From NCBI RefSeq assembly GCF_006345805.1, contig NC_043025.1, positions 4,588,001 to 4,652,000 of the forward strand: 64,000 nucleotides of DNA, read 5' to 3'. Made by a program: the position numbers and the translations under genes. How positions within the stretch are numbered: position 1 is the stretch's first letter; each line of letters starts with the position of its first letter. The notes under the pieces were generated by a model that was not told where the DNA came from, did not search any database, and saw only the letters and a list, made by a program, of their open reading frames with translations. The stretch is from Octopus sinensis. Taxonomy: Eukaryota. Of this stretch, positions 1-15,771 are shown in pieces.

Positions 1-419
1 TTAAACTTTCTCGTACTTTTTCATAGTTATATATAGTTTTAAACAAATTATAAATATAATTTAATAATTTTTATTTTCAATTTAATTTAAATTTTTCAAT
101 TTTATATTTTCTATATTATATTTTTTTTAATGTTTTTCTTTTTGGTTTTTCACTGTTTGATTTGCCTAAAAATTCAATTTTTCACTTTTATGATTATACC
201 CAGAGTGCTCTAATCGAGTATTTATAAATGGGAGAGAGATAGATAAAGATAGAGAGTAAGAGAAAGCGAGGAAGAGTCCGAGAGATGAGAAAACTAAGAG
301 AGTGGGAAAGTGAGAGAGAAAGGAGAGAGAAACAAATACGGAGAATCATCATCATCATCATCGTTTAACGACCGTTTTCCGTGCTATCAAGGGTTGGACA
401 GTGTATACATTGCATACAT

Positions 420-594
420 TTATATATATATATATATAATTTGTATACATTTATATATATATATATATATAATTTGTATACATATATATATATATATAAT
501 ATAATTTGTATACATTTATATATATATAGATATATATATAATTTGTATACATTTATATATATATAGGTATTAATTTTGTATACATTATATATAT

Positions 595-629
<35 letters not shown>

Positions 630-3600
630 TATAATATCTAATTTGTATACATTTATATATATATATATGTAATATTTGTATACATTTATATATATATATA
701 TATATTAAATAAATATTGTATACATTATATATATATATATATATAATTTGTATACATTTATATATATATATATAATTGTGTATAACATTTAATATATATA
801 TATATAATTTGTATACATTATATGTATATATAATTTGTATACATTTATAATATATAATATAATATTTGTATACATTTATATATACATATATATAATATAT
901 AATTTGTATATATTTATATACATATATATAATTTGCATACATTTATATACATATATATAATTTGTATACATTTATATACATATATATAATTTGTATACAT
1001 TTACATACATATATATAATTTGTATACATTTATATACATATATATAATTTGTATACGTTTATATACATATATATAATTTGTATACATTTATATACATATA
1101 TATAATTTGTATACGTTTATATACATATGTATATAATTTGTATACATTTATATACATATATATAATTTGTATATATTTGTATACATATATATAATTTGTA
1201 TATATTTGTATACATATATATAATTTGTATATATTTGTATAGATATATATAATATGTATATATTTTTATACATATATATAATTTGTATATATTTGTATAC
1301 ATATATATAATTTGATATATTTGTATACATATATATAATTTGTATATATTTATAGACATATATATAATTTGTATATATTTATAGACATATATATATAATT
1401 TGTATAAATTTATATACATGTATATAATTTGTATATATTAATATACATACATATAATTTGTATATATTAATATACATACATATAATTTGTATATAATTAT
1501 ATACATATCTATAATTTGTATATATTTATATACATATATATAATTTGTATACATTTATATACATATATATAATTTGTATATATTTATACACATATATATA
1601 ATTTGTATATATTTATATACATATATATAGTTTGTATATATATATATATACATATATATAATTTGTATATATTTATATACATATATATAATTTGTATATA
1701 TTTATATACATATATATAATTTGTATACGTTTATATACATATATATAATTTGTATACGTTTATAAACATATATATAATTTGTATGCGTTTATATACATAT
1801 ATATAATTTGTATATGATTATATACATATATATAATTTGTATACATTTAAATACATATGTATAATTTATATATATTTATATACATATATATAATTTGTAT
1901 ACATTTAAATACATATGTATAATTTATATATATTTATATACATATATATAATTTGTATACATTTATATACATATATATAATTTGTATACATTTATATATA
2001 TATATATATAATATTTGTATACATTTATATATATATATATAAATAATTTGTATACATTTATATATATATATATATATATAATTTGTATACATTTATATAT
2101 ATATATAATTTGTATACATTTATATATATATATATAATTTGTATACATTTATATACATATATATAATTTGCATACATTTATATACATATATATAATTTGT
2201 ATACATTTATATACATATATATAATTTGTATACATTTATATACATATATATAATTTGTATACATTTATATACATATATATAATTTGTATACGTTTGTATA
2301 CATATATATAATTTGTATACGTTTATATACATATAGATAATTTGTATACGTTTATATACATATATATAATTTGTATACGTTTATATACATATATATAATT
2401 TGTATACGTTTATATACATATATATAATTTCTATACGTTTATATACATATATATAATTTGTATACGTTTATATACATATATATAATTTGTATACGTTTAT
2501 ATACATATATATAATTTGTATACGTTTATATACATATATATAATTTCTATACGTTTATATACATATATATAATTTGTACACATTTATATACATATATATA
2601 ATTTGTATACGTTTATATACATATGTATATAATTTGTATACATTTATATACATATATATAATTTGTATATATTTGTATACATATATATAATTTGTATATA
2701 TTTGTATACATATATATAATTTGTATATATTTGTATAGATATATATAATTTGATATATTTGTATACATATATATAATTTGTATATATTTATAGACATATA
2801 TATAATTTGTATATATTTATAGACATATATATATAATTTGTATAAATTTATATACATGTATATAATTTGTATATATTAATATACATACATACAATTTGTA
2901 TATATTAATATACATACATATAATTTGTATATAATTATATACATATCTATAATTTGTATATATTTATATACATATATATAATTTGTATACATTTATATAC
3001 ATATATATAATTTGTATATATTTATACACATATATATAATTTGTATATATTTATATACATATATATAATTTGCATATATTTATATACATATATATAATTT
3101 GTATATATTTATTTACATATGTATAATTTGTATACGTTTATATACATATATATAATTTGTATACGTTTATAAACATATATATAATTTGTATGTGTTTATA
3201 TGCATATATATAATTTGTATATGATTATATACATATATATAATTTGTATACATTTAAATACATATGTATAATTTATATATATTTATATACATATATATAA
3301 TTTGTATACATTTATATACATATATATAATTTGTATACATTTATATACATATACATAATATGTATACATATATATAATGTGTATATATTTGTATACATAT
3401 ATATAATTTGTATATATTTGTATACATATATATAATTTGTATATATTTATATACATATATATAATTTGTATATATTTATATACATATATATCATTTGTAT
3501 ATATTTATATACATATATATCATTTGTATATATTTATATACATATACATAATTTGTATATATTTATACACATATAAAGAATTTATATATATTTGTATACA

Positions 3601-6600
3601 TATATATAATTTGTATATATTTGTATACATATATAAAAAAGTATATATTTGTATATATATATATAATTTGTATATATTTGTATACATATATATAACTTGT
3701 ATATATTTGTATACATATATATAATGTGTATATATTTGTATACATATATATACTTTGTATATATTTGTATACATATATAAAAAAGTATATATTTGTATAC
3801 ATATATATAATTTGTATATATTTGTATACATTAATATAATTTGTACATATTTGTATACATATATATAATTTGTATATATATCTATACATATATATAATTT
3901 GTATATATATCTATACATATATATAATGTGTATATATTTGTATACATATATATAATTTGTATATATTTGTATACATATATATAATTTGTATATATTTGTA
4001 TACATATATATAATTTGTATATATTTGTATACATATATATAATTTGTATATATTTGTATACATATATATAATTTGTATATATTTGTATACATATATATAA
4101 TTTGTATATATTTGTATACATATATATAATTTGTATATATTTATGTACATATATATAATTTGTATATATTTACATACATATATATTATTTGTATGTATTT
4201 ATATACATATATATAATTTGTATATATTTATATACATATATATAATTTGTACATATTTATATACATAAATATAATTTGTATATATTTATATACATACATA
4301 TAATTTGTATATATTTGTAAACATATATATAATTTGTATATATTTGTATACATATGTAAAAAGTATATATTTGTATACATATATATAATGTGTATATATT
4401 TGTATACATATATATAATTTTTATATATTTATATACATATATATACATATATATATTATAATTTGTATATATTTGTATATATATATATAATTTGTATATA
4501 TTTGTATACAATATATAATTTGTATATATTTGTATACATATATAAATGTGTATATATTTGTATACATATATATAATTTGATACATATATATAAATTGTAT
4601 ATATTTGTATACATATATATAATTTGTATATATTTGTATACATATATATAATGTGTATATATTTGTATACATATATATAATTTGTATACATATATATAAT
4701 TTGTATATATTTGTATACATATATATAATTTGTATATATTTGTATACATATATATAATGTGTATATATTTGTATACATATATATAATTTGTATATATTTG
4801 TATACATATATAAAAATGTATATATTTGTATACATATATATAATTTGTATATATTTGTATACATATATATAATTTGTATATATTTGCATACATATATATA
4901 ATGTGTATATATTTGTATACATATATATAATTTGTATATATTTGTATACATATATATAATTTGTATATATTTGTATACATATATATAATTTGTATATATT
5001 TGTATACATATATATAATTTGTATATATTTGTATACATATATAAAAAGTATATATTTGTATACATATATATAATTTGTATATATTTGTATACATATATAT
5101 AACTTGTATATATTTATGTACATATATATAATTTGTATATATTTATATACATATATATAATTTGTATATATTTATATACATATATATAATTTGTATATAT
5201 TTATATACATATATATAATTTGTTATATTTATATACATAAATATAATTTGTAAATATTTATATACATAAATATAATTTGTAAATATTTATATACATACAT
5301 ATAATTTGTATACATATATATAATTTGTATATATTTTGTAAATATTTATATACATACATATAATTTGTATACATATATATAATTTGTATATAATTTGTAT
5401 AAATTTATATATATATATATAATTTGTATATATTTATATACATATATATAATTTGTATATATTTATATACATATATATAATTTGTATATATTTATATACA
5501 TATATATAATTTGTTTATATTTGTATACATATATATAATTTCTATATATTTGTATACATATATAAAATTTCTATATATTTGTATACATATATAAAAAAGT
5601 ATATATTTGTATACATATATATAATTTGTATATATTTGTATACATATATAAAAAAGTATATATTTGTATATATATATATAATTTGTATATATTTGTATAC
5701 ATATATAATTTGTACATATTTGTATACATATATATAATTTGTATATATTTGTATACATATATATAATTTGTATATATTTGTATACATATATATAATTTGT
5801 ATATATTTGTATACATATATATAATTTGTATATATTTGTATACATATATATAATTTGTATATATTTGTATACATATATATAATTTGTATATATTTGTATA
5901 CATATATATAATTTGTATATATTTGCATACATATATATAATTTGTATATATTTATGTACATATATATAATTTGTATATATTTACATACATATATATTATT
6001 TGTATATATTTATATACATATATAGAATTTGTATATATTTATATACATATATATAATTTGTATATATTTGTATACATATATATAATTTGTATATATTTGT
6101 ATACATATATATCATTTGTATATATTTGTATACATATATATAATTTGTATATATTTATATACATATAAAGAATTTTTATATATTTGTATACATATATATA
6201 ATTAGTATATATTTGTATACATATATAAAAAAGTATATATTTGTATACATATATATAATTTGTATATATATGTATACATATATATAATTTGTATATAATT
6301 GTATACATATATATAATGTGTATATATTTGTATACATATATATAATTTGTATATATTTATATACATATATATAATTTGTATATATTTGTATACATATATA
6401 TAATTTGTATGTATTTGTATACATATATATAATTTGTATATATTTGTATACATATATATAATTTGTATATATTTGTATACATATATATAATTTGTATATA
6501 TTTATGTACATATATATAATTTGTATATATTTATATACATATATATAATTTGTATATATTTATATACATATATATAATTTGTATATATTTATATACATAT

Positions 6601-9600
6601 ATATAATTCGTATATATTTATATACATATATATAATTCGTATATATTTATATACATATATATAATTTGTATATATTTATATACATAAATATAATTTGTAT
6701 ATATTTATATACATACATATAATTTGTATATATTTGTATACATATATATAATTTGTATATATTTGTATACATATATATAATTTGAATATATTTGTATACA
6801 TATATATAATTTGTATATATTTGTATACATATATATAATTTGTATATATTTGCATACATATATATAATTTGTATATATTTGTATACATCTATATAATTTG
6901 TATATATTTGTATACATATATATAATTTGTATATATTTAAGTACATATATATAATTTGTATATATTTATATACATATATATAATTTGTATATAATTAAAT
7001 ACATATATATAATTTGTATACATTTATATACATATATATAATTTGTATACGTTTATATACATCTACATAATATGTATACATATATATAATGTGTATATAT
7101 TTGTATACATATATATAAATTGTATATATTTGTATACATATATATAAATTGTATATATTTGTATACATATATATATTATTTGTATATATTTGTATACATA
7201 TATAAAAAAGTATATATTTGTATACATATATATATTTTGTATATATTTGGATACTTATCTATAATTTGTATATATTTGGATACATATATATAATTTGTAT
7301 ATATTTGTATACATATATATAATTTGTATATATTTGCATACATATATATAATTTGTATATATTTGTATACATATAAAGAATTTGTATATATTTGTATACA
7401 TATATATAATTTGTATATATTTGTATACATATATATAATTTGTATATATTTGTATACATATATATAATTTGTATATATTTGTATACATATATATAATTTG
7501 TATATATTTGTATACATATATAAAAAAGTATATATTTGTATACATATATATAATTTGTATATATTTGTATACATATATATAATTTGTATATATATGTATA
7601 CATATATATAATGTGTATATATTTGTATACATATATATAATTTGTATATATTTGTATACATATATATAATTTGTATATATTTGTATACATATATATAATT
7701 TGTATATATTTGTATACATATATATAATTTGTATATTTTTGTATACATATATATAATTTGTATATATTTGTATACATATATATAATTTGTATATATTTAT
7801 GTTCGTATATATAATTTGTATGTATTTATATACATATATATAATTTCTATATATTTTTATACATATATATAATTTGTATATATTTATATACATATATATA
7901 ATTTGTATACATATATAAAAAGTATATAATTGTATACATATACATAATTTGTATATAATTGTATACATATATATAATTTGTATATATTTATATACATATA
8001 TACAATTTGTATATATTTATATACATATATACAATTTCTATATATTAATATACATATATATAATTTGTATATATTTATATACATATAAAGAATTTGTATA
8101 TATTTGTATACATATATATAATTTGTATATATTTATATACATATATAAAAAAGTATATATATGTATATACATATATAAAAAAGTATATATTTGTATACAT
8201 ATATATAATTTGTATATATTTGTATACATATATATAATTTGTATATATTTGTATACATATATAATGTTGTATATATTTGTATACATATATATAATTTGTA
8301 TATTTTATACATATATATAATTTGTATATATTTTGTATACATATTATAATTTGTATATATTTGTATACATTTATATATAATTTGTATATATTTGTATACA
8401 TTTATATATAATTTTTATATATTTGCATACATATATAATTTGTATATATTTGTATGCATATATACAATTTGTATATATTTGTATAAATATATACAATTTG
8501 TATATATTTGTATACATATATATAATGTGTATATATTTGTATGCATATATATAATTTGTATATATTTGTATACATATATATAATTTGTATATATTTGTAT
8601 ACATATATATAATGTGTATATATTTGTATACATATATATAATTTGTATATATTTGTATACATATATATAATTTGTATATATTTGTATACATATATATAAT
8701 TTGTATATATTTATGTACATATATATAATTTGTATATATTTACATACATATATATAATTTGTATATATTTACATACATATATATAATTTTTAGATATTTA
8801 TATACATATATATAATGTGTATATATTTGTATACATATATATAATTTGTATATATTTGTATACATATATATTATTTGTATATATTTGCATACATATATAT
8901 AATTTGTATATATTTGTATACATATATATAATTTGTGTATATTTGTATACATATATATAATTTGTATTTATTTATGTACATATACATAATTTGTATATAT
9001 TTATATACGTATATATGTAATTTGTATATATTTATATGCATATATATAATATGTATATATTTATTTACATATATACAATTCGTATATATATTCATATACA
9101 TAGATATAATTTGTTTATATTTATATACATAAATATAATTTGTATATATTTATATACATACATATAATTTGTATATATTTGTATACATATATATAATTTG
9201 TATATATTTGTATACATATATATAATTTGTATATATTTGTATACATATATAAAAAGTATATATTTGTATACATATATATAATTTGTATATATTTGTATAC
9301 ATATATATAATTTGTATATATTTGTATACATATATATACTTTGTATATATTTGTATACATATATATAATTTGTATATATTTGTATACATATATATAATTT
9401 GTATATTTTTGTATACATATATATAATTTGTATATATTTGTATACATATATATAATTTGTATATATTTATGTACATATATATAATTTGTATGTATTTATA
9501 TACATATATATAATTTCTATATATTTATATACATATATATAATCTGTATATATTTATATACATATATATAATTTGTATACATATATAAAAATTATATAAT

Positions 9601-12175
9601 TGTATACATATACATAATTTGTATATATTTGTATACACATATATAATTTGTATATATTTATATACATATATACAATTTCTATATATTAAGATACATATAT
9701 ATAATTTGTATGTATTTATATACATATAAAGAATTTTTATATATTTGTATACATATATATAATTTGTATATATTTATATACATATATAAAAAAGTATATA
9801 TTTGTATACATATATATAATTTGTATATATTTGTATACATATATATAATTTGTATATATTTGTATACATATATATAATGTGTATATATTTGTATACATAT
9901 ATATAATTTGTATATATTTGTATACATATATATAATTTGTATATATTTGTATACATATATATAATTTGTATATATTTGTATACATATATATAATTTGTAT
10001 ATATTTATGTACATATATATAATTTGTATATATTTACATACATATATATAATTTGTATATATTTATATACATATATATAATGTGTATATATTTGTATACA
10101 TATATATAATTTGTATATATATAATGTGTATATATTTGTATACATATATATAATTTGTATATATTTATATATATATATAATTTGTATATAATTAAATACA
10201 TATATATAATTTGTATATATTTATATACATATATATAATTTGTATATAATTATATAATATAATTTGTATATATTTATATACATACATATAATTTGTATAT
10301 ATTTGTATACATATATATAATTTGTATATATTTGTGTACATATATATAATTTGTATATATTTATGTACATATATATAATTCGTATATATTTACATACATA
10401 TATATAATTTGTATATAATTATATACATATATATAATTTGTATATATCTATATACATATATATAATTTGTATATATTTGTATACATATATATAATTTGTA
10501 TATATTTGTATACATATATATAATTTGTATATATTTGTATACATATATATAATTTGTATATATTTGTATACATAGATATAATTTCTATATATTTATGTAT
10601 GTATATATAATTTGTATATATTTACATACATATATATAATTTGTATATATTTATATGCATATATATAATTTGTATATATTTATATGCATATATATAACTT
10701 GTATATATTTGTATACATATATATAATTTGTATATATTTATATACATATATATAATTTGTATATATTTATATACATAAATATAATTTGTATATATTTATA
10801 TACATACATATAATTTGTATATATTTGTATACATATATATAATTTGTATATATTTGTATACATATATAAAAAGTATATATTTGTATACATATATATAATT
10901 TGTATATATTTGTATACATATATATAATTTGTATATATTTGTATACATATATATAATTTGTATATATTTGTATACATATATATAATTTGTATATATTTGT
11001 ATACATATATATAATTTGTATATATTTGTATACATGTATATAATTTGTATATATTTGTATACATATATATATAATTTGTATATATTTGTATACATGTATA
11101 TAATTTGTATATATTTGTATACATATATATAATTTGTATATATTTGTATACACATATATAATTTGTATATATTTGTATGCATATATATAATTTGTATATA
11201 TTTGTATGCATATATATAATTTGTATATATCAGTATACATATATATAATTTGTATATATATATATATAGATATATATATAATTTGTATATATTTGTATAC
11301 ATATATATAATTTGTATATATTTGTATACATGTATGTATAATTTGTATATATTTATGTATATATATATATAATTTGTGTATATTTATATACATATATATA
11401 ATTTGTATATATATATATACATAAATATAATTTGTATATATATATATATACATATATATAATTTGTATATCTTTATATACATATATATAATGTTTATATT
11501 TATATACATATATATAATTAGTATATATTTATATACATATGTATAATTTGTATACATTTATATACATATATATAATTTGTATACGTTTATATACCTATAT
11601 ATTATTTGTATACGTTTATATACATATATATAATTGTATACGTTTATATACATATATATTATTGTATACGTTTATAAACATATATATAATTTGTATACGT
11701 TTATATACATATATATAATTTGTATACGTTTAGATACATATATATAATTTGTATACGTTTATATACATGTATATATAATTTGTATACATTTATATACATA
11801 TATATAATGTGTATACATTTATATACATAAATATGATTTGTATATATTTATATACATATATATGATTTGTATATATTTATATTCATATATATAATTTGTT
11901 TACATATATATAATTTGTATATTTACATACAGGTATATTATTTGTATATATTTAAATACATGTATATAATTTGTATATATTTAAATACATGTATATAATT
12001 TGTATATATTTAAATACATGTATATAATTTGGATGTATTTACATACATGTATATAATTTGTATGTATTTACATACATATATATAATTTGTATATATTTTT
12101 ATACATCTATATAATTTGTATATATTTGTATACATATATATATAATTTTTATATATTTATATATATATATCTATA
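420..12175. repeat. 29-bp AT-rich minisatellite, ~400 units (consensus ATTTGTATATATTTGTATACATATATATA)
   Basis: Unit read directly from the sequence. Spurious ORF starts recur exactly 29 bp apart (e.g. 8662/8691/8720, 9418/9447/9476). Confidence 0.97.
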
Positions 12176-12179
12176 TATA

Positions 12180-12362
12180 TCTCTCTATATAGAACTGAAA
12201 TGCGTTTTTACCGCTTGGATCGCTTTCAATGCCACTACATCCCGTCCGATTCGCTCCAAAGTTTACAGGGACATGTAGAATGAGGTGACGATGCTCGTGG
12301 GCTACCTTAGAAATCCATCTTAAAAGGTGTGGTTGCTAGGGGCCATCTTCCTCACTCACGCT
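12180..12362 (+). mobile_element. possible 5' end fragment of a non-autonomous Helitron-like element
   Basis: A|TC start followed by TATATAGAACTGAAATG...CCGATTCGCTCCAAAGTTT resembles Helitron 5' subterminal regions. No 3' hairpin/CTAG found. Confidence 0.3.
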
Positions 12363-12376
12363 ATAATGTGGTGTGT

Positions 12377-12418
<42 letters not shown>

Positions 12419-12476
12419 CTATATATAAATATGTATATATAAATGTGTGTATATATAAAACATCACCCACTCTCAT

Positions 12477-12597
12477 TCTTTTATGTATCTGAGAAAGTGT
12501 GTCTGTCTGTCTGTGTATTTCCCTATAACTTGAGAACTACTCAACCAATTCCATTCAAATTTTACACATGCCTTCCTAAGGGTATAAGGAGTGTGTT
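12477..12597 (+). mobile_element. Helitron-like 5' subterminal fragment abutting the 70-bp array
   Basis: TCTTTTATGTA..GAAAGTGTGTCTGTCTG..AACTACTC parallels the 5' end of the complete Helitron at 27030 (TCTTTATATAAGAGTGAAGTTGTGTGTCTGTCT..AACTACTC). Confidence 0.35.
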
Positions 12598-14761
12598 GAG
12601 CTCGCTCTGGGCGCCATTGGGCTCAATGTCCGCGGCTACGAGACAACAGTGAGCGCTATGGCGACCAGAGCTCGCTCTGGGCGCCATTGGGCTCAATGTC
12701 CGCGGCTACGAGACAACAGTGAGCGCTATGGCGACCAGAGCTCGCTCTGGGCGCCATTGGGCTCAATGTCCGCGGCTACGAGACAACAGTGAGCGCTATG
12801 GCGACCAGAGCTCGCTCTGGGCGCCATTGGGCTCAATGTCCGCGGCTACGAGACAACAGTGAGCGCTATGGCGACCAGAGCTCGCTCTGGGCGCCATTGG
12901 GCTCAATGTCCGCGGCTACGAGACAACAGTGAGCGCTATGGCGACCAGAGCTCGCTCTGGGCGCCATTGGGCTCAATGTCCGCGGCTACGAGACAACAGT
13001 GAGCGCTATGGCGACCAGAGCTCGCTCTGGGCGCCATTGGGCTCAATGTCCGCGGCTACGAGACAACAGTGAGCGCTATGGCGACCAGAGCTCGCTCTGG
13101 GCGCCATTGGGCTCAATGTCCGCGGCTACGAGACAACAGTGAGCGCTATGGCGACCAGAGCTCGCTCTGGGCGCCATTGGGCTCAATGTCCGCGGCTACG
13201 AGACAACAGTGAGCGCTATGGCGACCAGAGCTCGCTCTGGGCGCCATTGGGCTCAATGTCCGCGGCTACGAGACAACAGTGAGCGCTATGGCGACCAGAG
13301 CTCGCTCTGGGCGCCATTGGGCTCAATGTCCGCGGCTACGAGACAACAGTGAGCGCTATGGCGACCAGAGCTCGCTCTGGGCGCCATTGGGCTCAATGTC
13401 CGCGGCTACGAGACAACAGTGAGCGCTATGGCGACCAGAGCTCGCTCTGGGCGCCATTGGGCTCAATGTCCGCGGCTACGAGACAACAGTGAGCGCTATG
13501 GCGACCAGAGCTCGCTCTGGGCGCCATTGGGCTCAATGTCCGCGGCTACGAGACAACAGTGAGCGCTATGGCGACCAGAGCTCGCTCTGGGCGCCATTGG
13601 GCTCAATGTCCGCGGCTACGAGACAACAGTGAGCGCTATGGCGACCAGAGCTCGCTCTGGGCGCCATTGGGCTCAATGTCCGCGGCTACGAGACAACAGT
13701 GAGCGCTATGGCGACCAGAGCTCGCTCTGGGCGCCATTGGCTCAATGTCCGCGGCTACGAGACAACAGTGAGCGCTATGGCGACCAGAGCTCGCTCTGGG
13801 CGCCATTGGGCTCAATGTCCGCGGCTACGAGACAACAGTGAGCGCTATGGCGACCAGAGCTCGCTCTGGGCGCCATTGGGCTCAATGTCCGCGGCTACGA
13901 GACAACAGTGAGCGCTATGGCGACCAGAGCTCGCTCTGGGCGCCATTGGGCTCAATGTCCGCGGCTACGAGACAACAGTGAGCGCTATGGCGACCAGAGC
14001 TCGCTCTGGGCGCCATTGGGCTCAATGTCCGCGGCTACGAGACAACAGTGAGCGCTATGGCGACCAGAGCTCGCTCTGGGCGCCATTGGGCTCAATGTCC
14101 GCGGCTACGAGACAACAGTGAGCGCTATGGCGACCAGAGCTCGCTCTGGGCGCCATTGGGCTCAATGTCCGCGGCTACGAGACAACAGTGAGCGCTATGG
14201 CGACCAGAGCTCGCTCTGGGCGCCATTGGGCTCAATGTCCGCGGCTACGAGACAACAGTGAGCGCTATGGCGACCAGAGCTCGCTCTGGGCGCCATTGGG
14301 CTCAATGTCCGCGGCTACGAGACAACAGTGAGCGCTATGGCGACCAGAGCTCGCTCTGGGCGCCATTGGGCTCAATGTCCGCGGCTACGAGACAACAGTG
14401 AGCGCTATGGCGACCAGAGCTCGCTCTGGGCGCCATTGGGCTCAATGTCCGCGGCTACGAGACAACAGTGAGCGCTATGGCGACCAGAGCTCGCTCTGGG
14501 CGCCATTGGGCTCAATGTCCGCGGCTACGAGACAACAGTGAGCGCTATGGCGACCAGAGCTCGCTCTGGGCGCCATTGGGCTCAATGTCCGCGGCTACGA
14601 GACAACAGTGAGCGCTATGGCGACCAGAGCTCGCTCTGGGCGCCATTGGGCTCAATGTCCGCGGCTACGAGACAACAGTGAGCGCTATGGCGACCAGAGC
14701 TCGCTCTGGGCGCCATTGGGCTCAATGTCCGCGGCTACGAGACAACAGTGAGCGCTATGGC
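12598..14761. repeat. 70-bp GC-rich tandem array, ~31 copies
   Basis: Unit CTCGCTCTGGGCGCCATTGGGCTCAATGTCCGCGGCTACGAGACAACAGTGAGCGCTATGGCGACCAGAG, with 44/70 G+C. The only variant I saw is a 1-bp deletion near 13740. Confidence 0.98.
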
Positions 14762-14786
14762 TTTGGTCGCTCCACTATTAACGGAA

Positions 14787-15664
14787 GGCTTGGCTTGGCT
14801 TGGCTTGGCTTGGCTTGGCTTGGCTTGGCTTGGCTTGGCTTGGCTTGGCTTGGCTTGGCTTGGCTTGGCTTGGCTTGGCTTGGCTTGGCTTGGCTTGGCT
14901 TGGCTTGCTTGGCTTGGCTTGCTTGGCTTGGCTTGGCTTGGCTTGGCTGGCTTGGCTTGGCTTGGCTTGGCTTGGCTGGCTTGGCTTGGCTTGGCTTGGC
15001 TTGGCTTGGCTTGCTTGGCTTGGCTTGGCTTGGCTTGGCTTGGCTTGGCTTGGCTTGGCTTGGCTTGGCTTGGCTTGGCTTGGTTGGCTTGGCTTGGCTT
15101 GGCTTGGCTGGCTTGGCTTGGCTTGGCTTGGCTTGGCGCTTGGCTTGGCTTGGCTTGCTTGGCTTGGCTTGGCTTGGCTGGCTTGGCTTGGCTTGGCTTG
15201 GCTTGGCTTGGCTTGGCTTGGCTTGGCTTGGCTTGGCTTGGCTTGGCTTGGCTTGGCTTGGCTTGGCTTGGCTTGGCTTGGCTTGGCTTGCTTGGCTTGG
15301 CTTGGCTTGGCTTGGCTTGGCTTGGCTTGGCTTGGCTTGGCTTGGCTTGCTTGCTTGGCTTGGCTTGGCTTGGCTTGGCTTGGCTTGGCTTGGCTTGGCT
15401 TGGCTTGGCTTGGCTTGGCTTGGCTTGGCTTGGCTTGGCTTGGCTTGGCTTGCTTGGCTTGGCTTGGCTGGCTTGGCTTGGCTTGGCTTGGCTTGGCTTG
15501 GCTTGGCTTGGCTTGGCTTGGCTTGGCTTGGCTTGGCTTGGCTTGGCTTGGCTTGGCTTGGCTTGGCTTGGCTTGGCTTGGCTTGGCTTGGCTTGGCTTG
15601 GCTTGGCTTGGCTTGGCTTGGCTTGGCTTGGCTTGGCTTGGCTTGGCTTGGCTTGGCTTGGCTT
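14787..15664. repeat. (GGCTT)n pentanucleotide satellite, ~175 units
   Basis: Directly visible, with occasional 4-bp units (GCTT, GGCT). Confidence 0.98.
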
Positions 15665-15771
15665 CTGAAGGAGAAGAAAGAAGAATTTTAATTTCGGAGA
15701 ACTATAGCGTGAAGGCTGCATATAAGAAAAATAAAAAAAAAAAACTCTTCCTCGGTTGTTGGCAGTCTTAC

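Noticed and set aside
420-12175. Hundreds of UGUAUAUA Pumilio elements (NORAD-like sponge)
   Set aside because: These are an expected by-product of a TGTA(TA)n unit; there is no evidence of plus-strand transcription.
310-12278. Dozens of I/Y/C/K-rich ORFs
   Set aside because: They are translations of the stop-poor strand of the 29-bp minisatellite; periodic, with no protein family signal.
12598-14761. CRISPR-like array (palindromic repeat plus spacer)
   Set aside because: The apparent spacers are identical in every unit, there are no cas genes, and the context is eukaryotic; this is a tandem repeat.
12598-14761. Self-cleaving ribozyme (hammerhead/HDV/twister) in the 70-mer
   Set aside because: No CUGANGA/GAAA core on either strand. 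A TCCGCGG loop resembles HDV L3, but the P1/P3 pairings could not be built.
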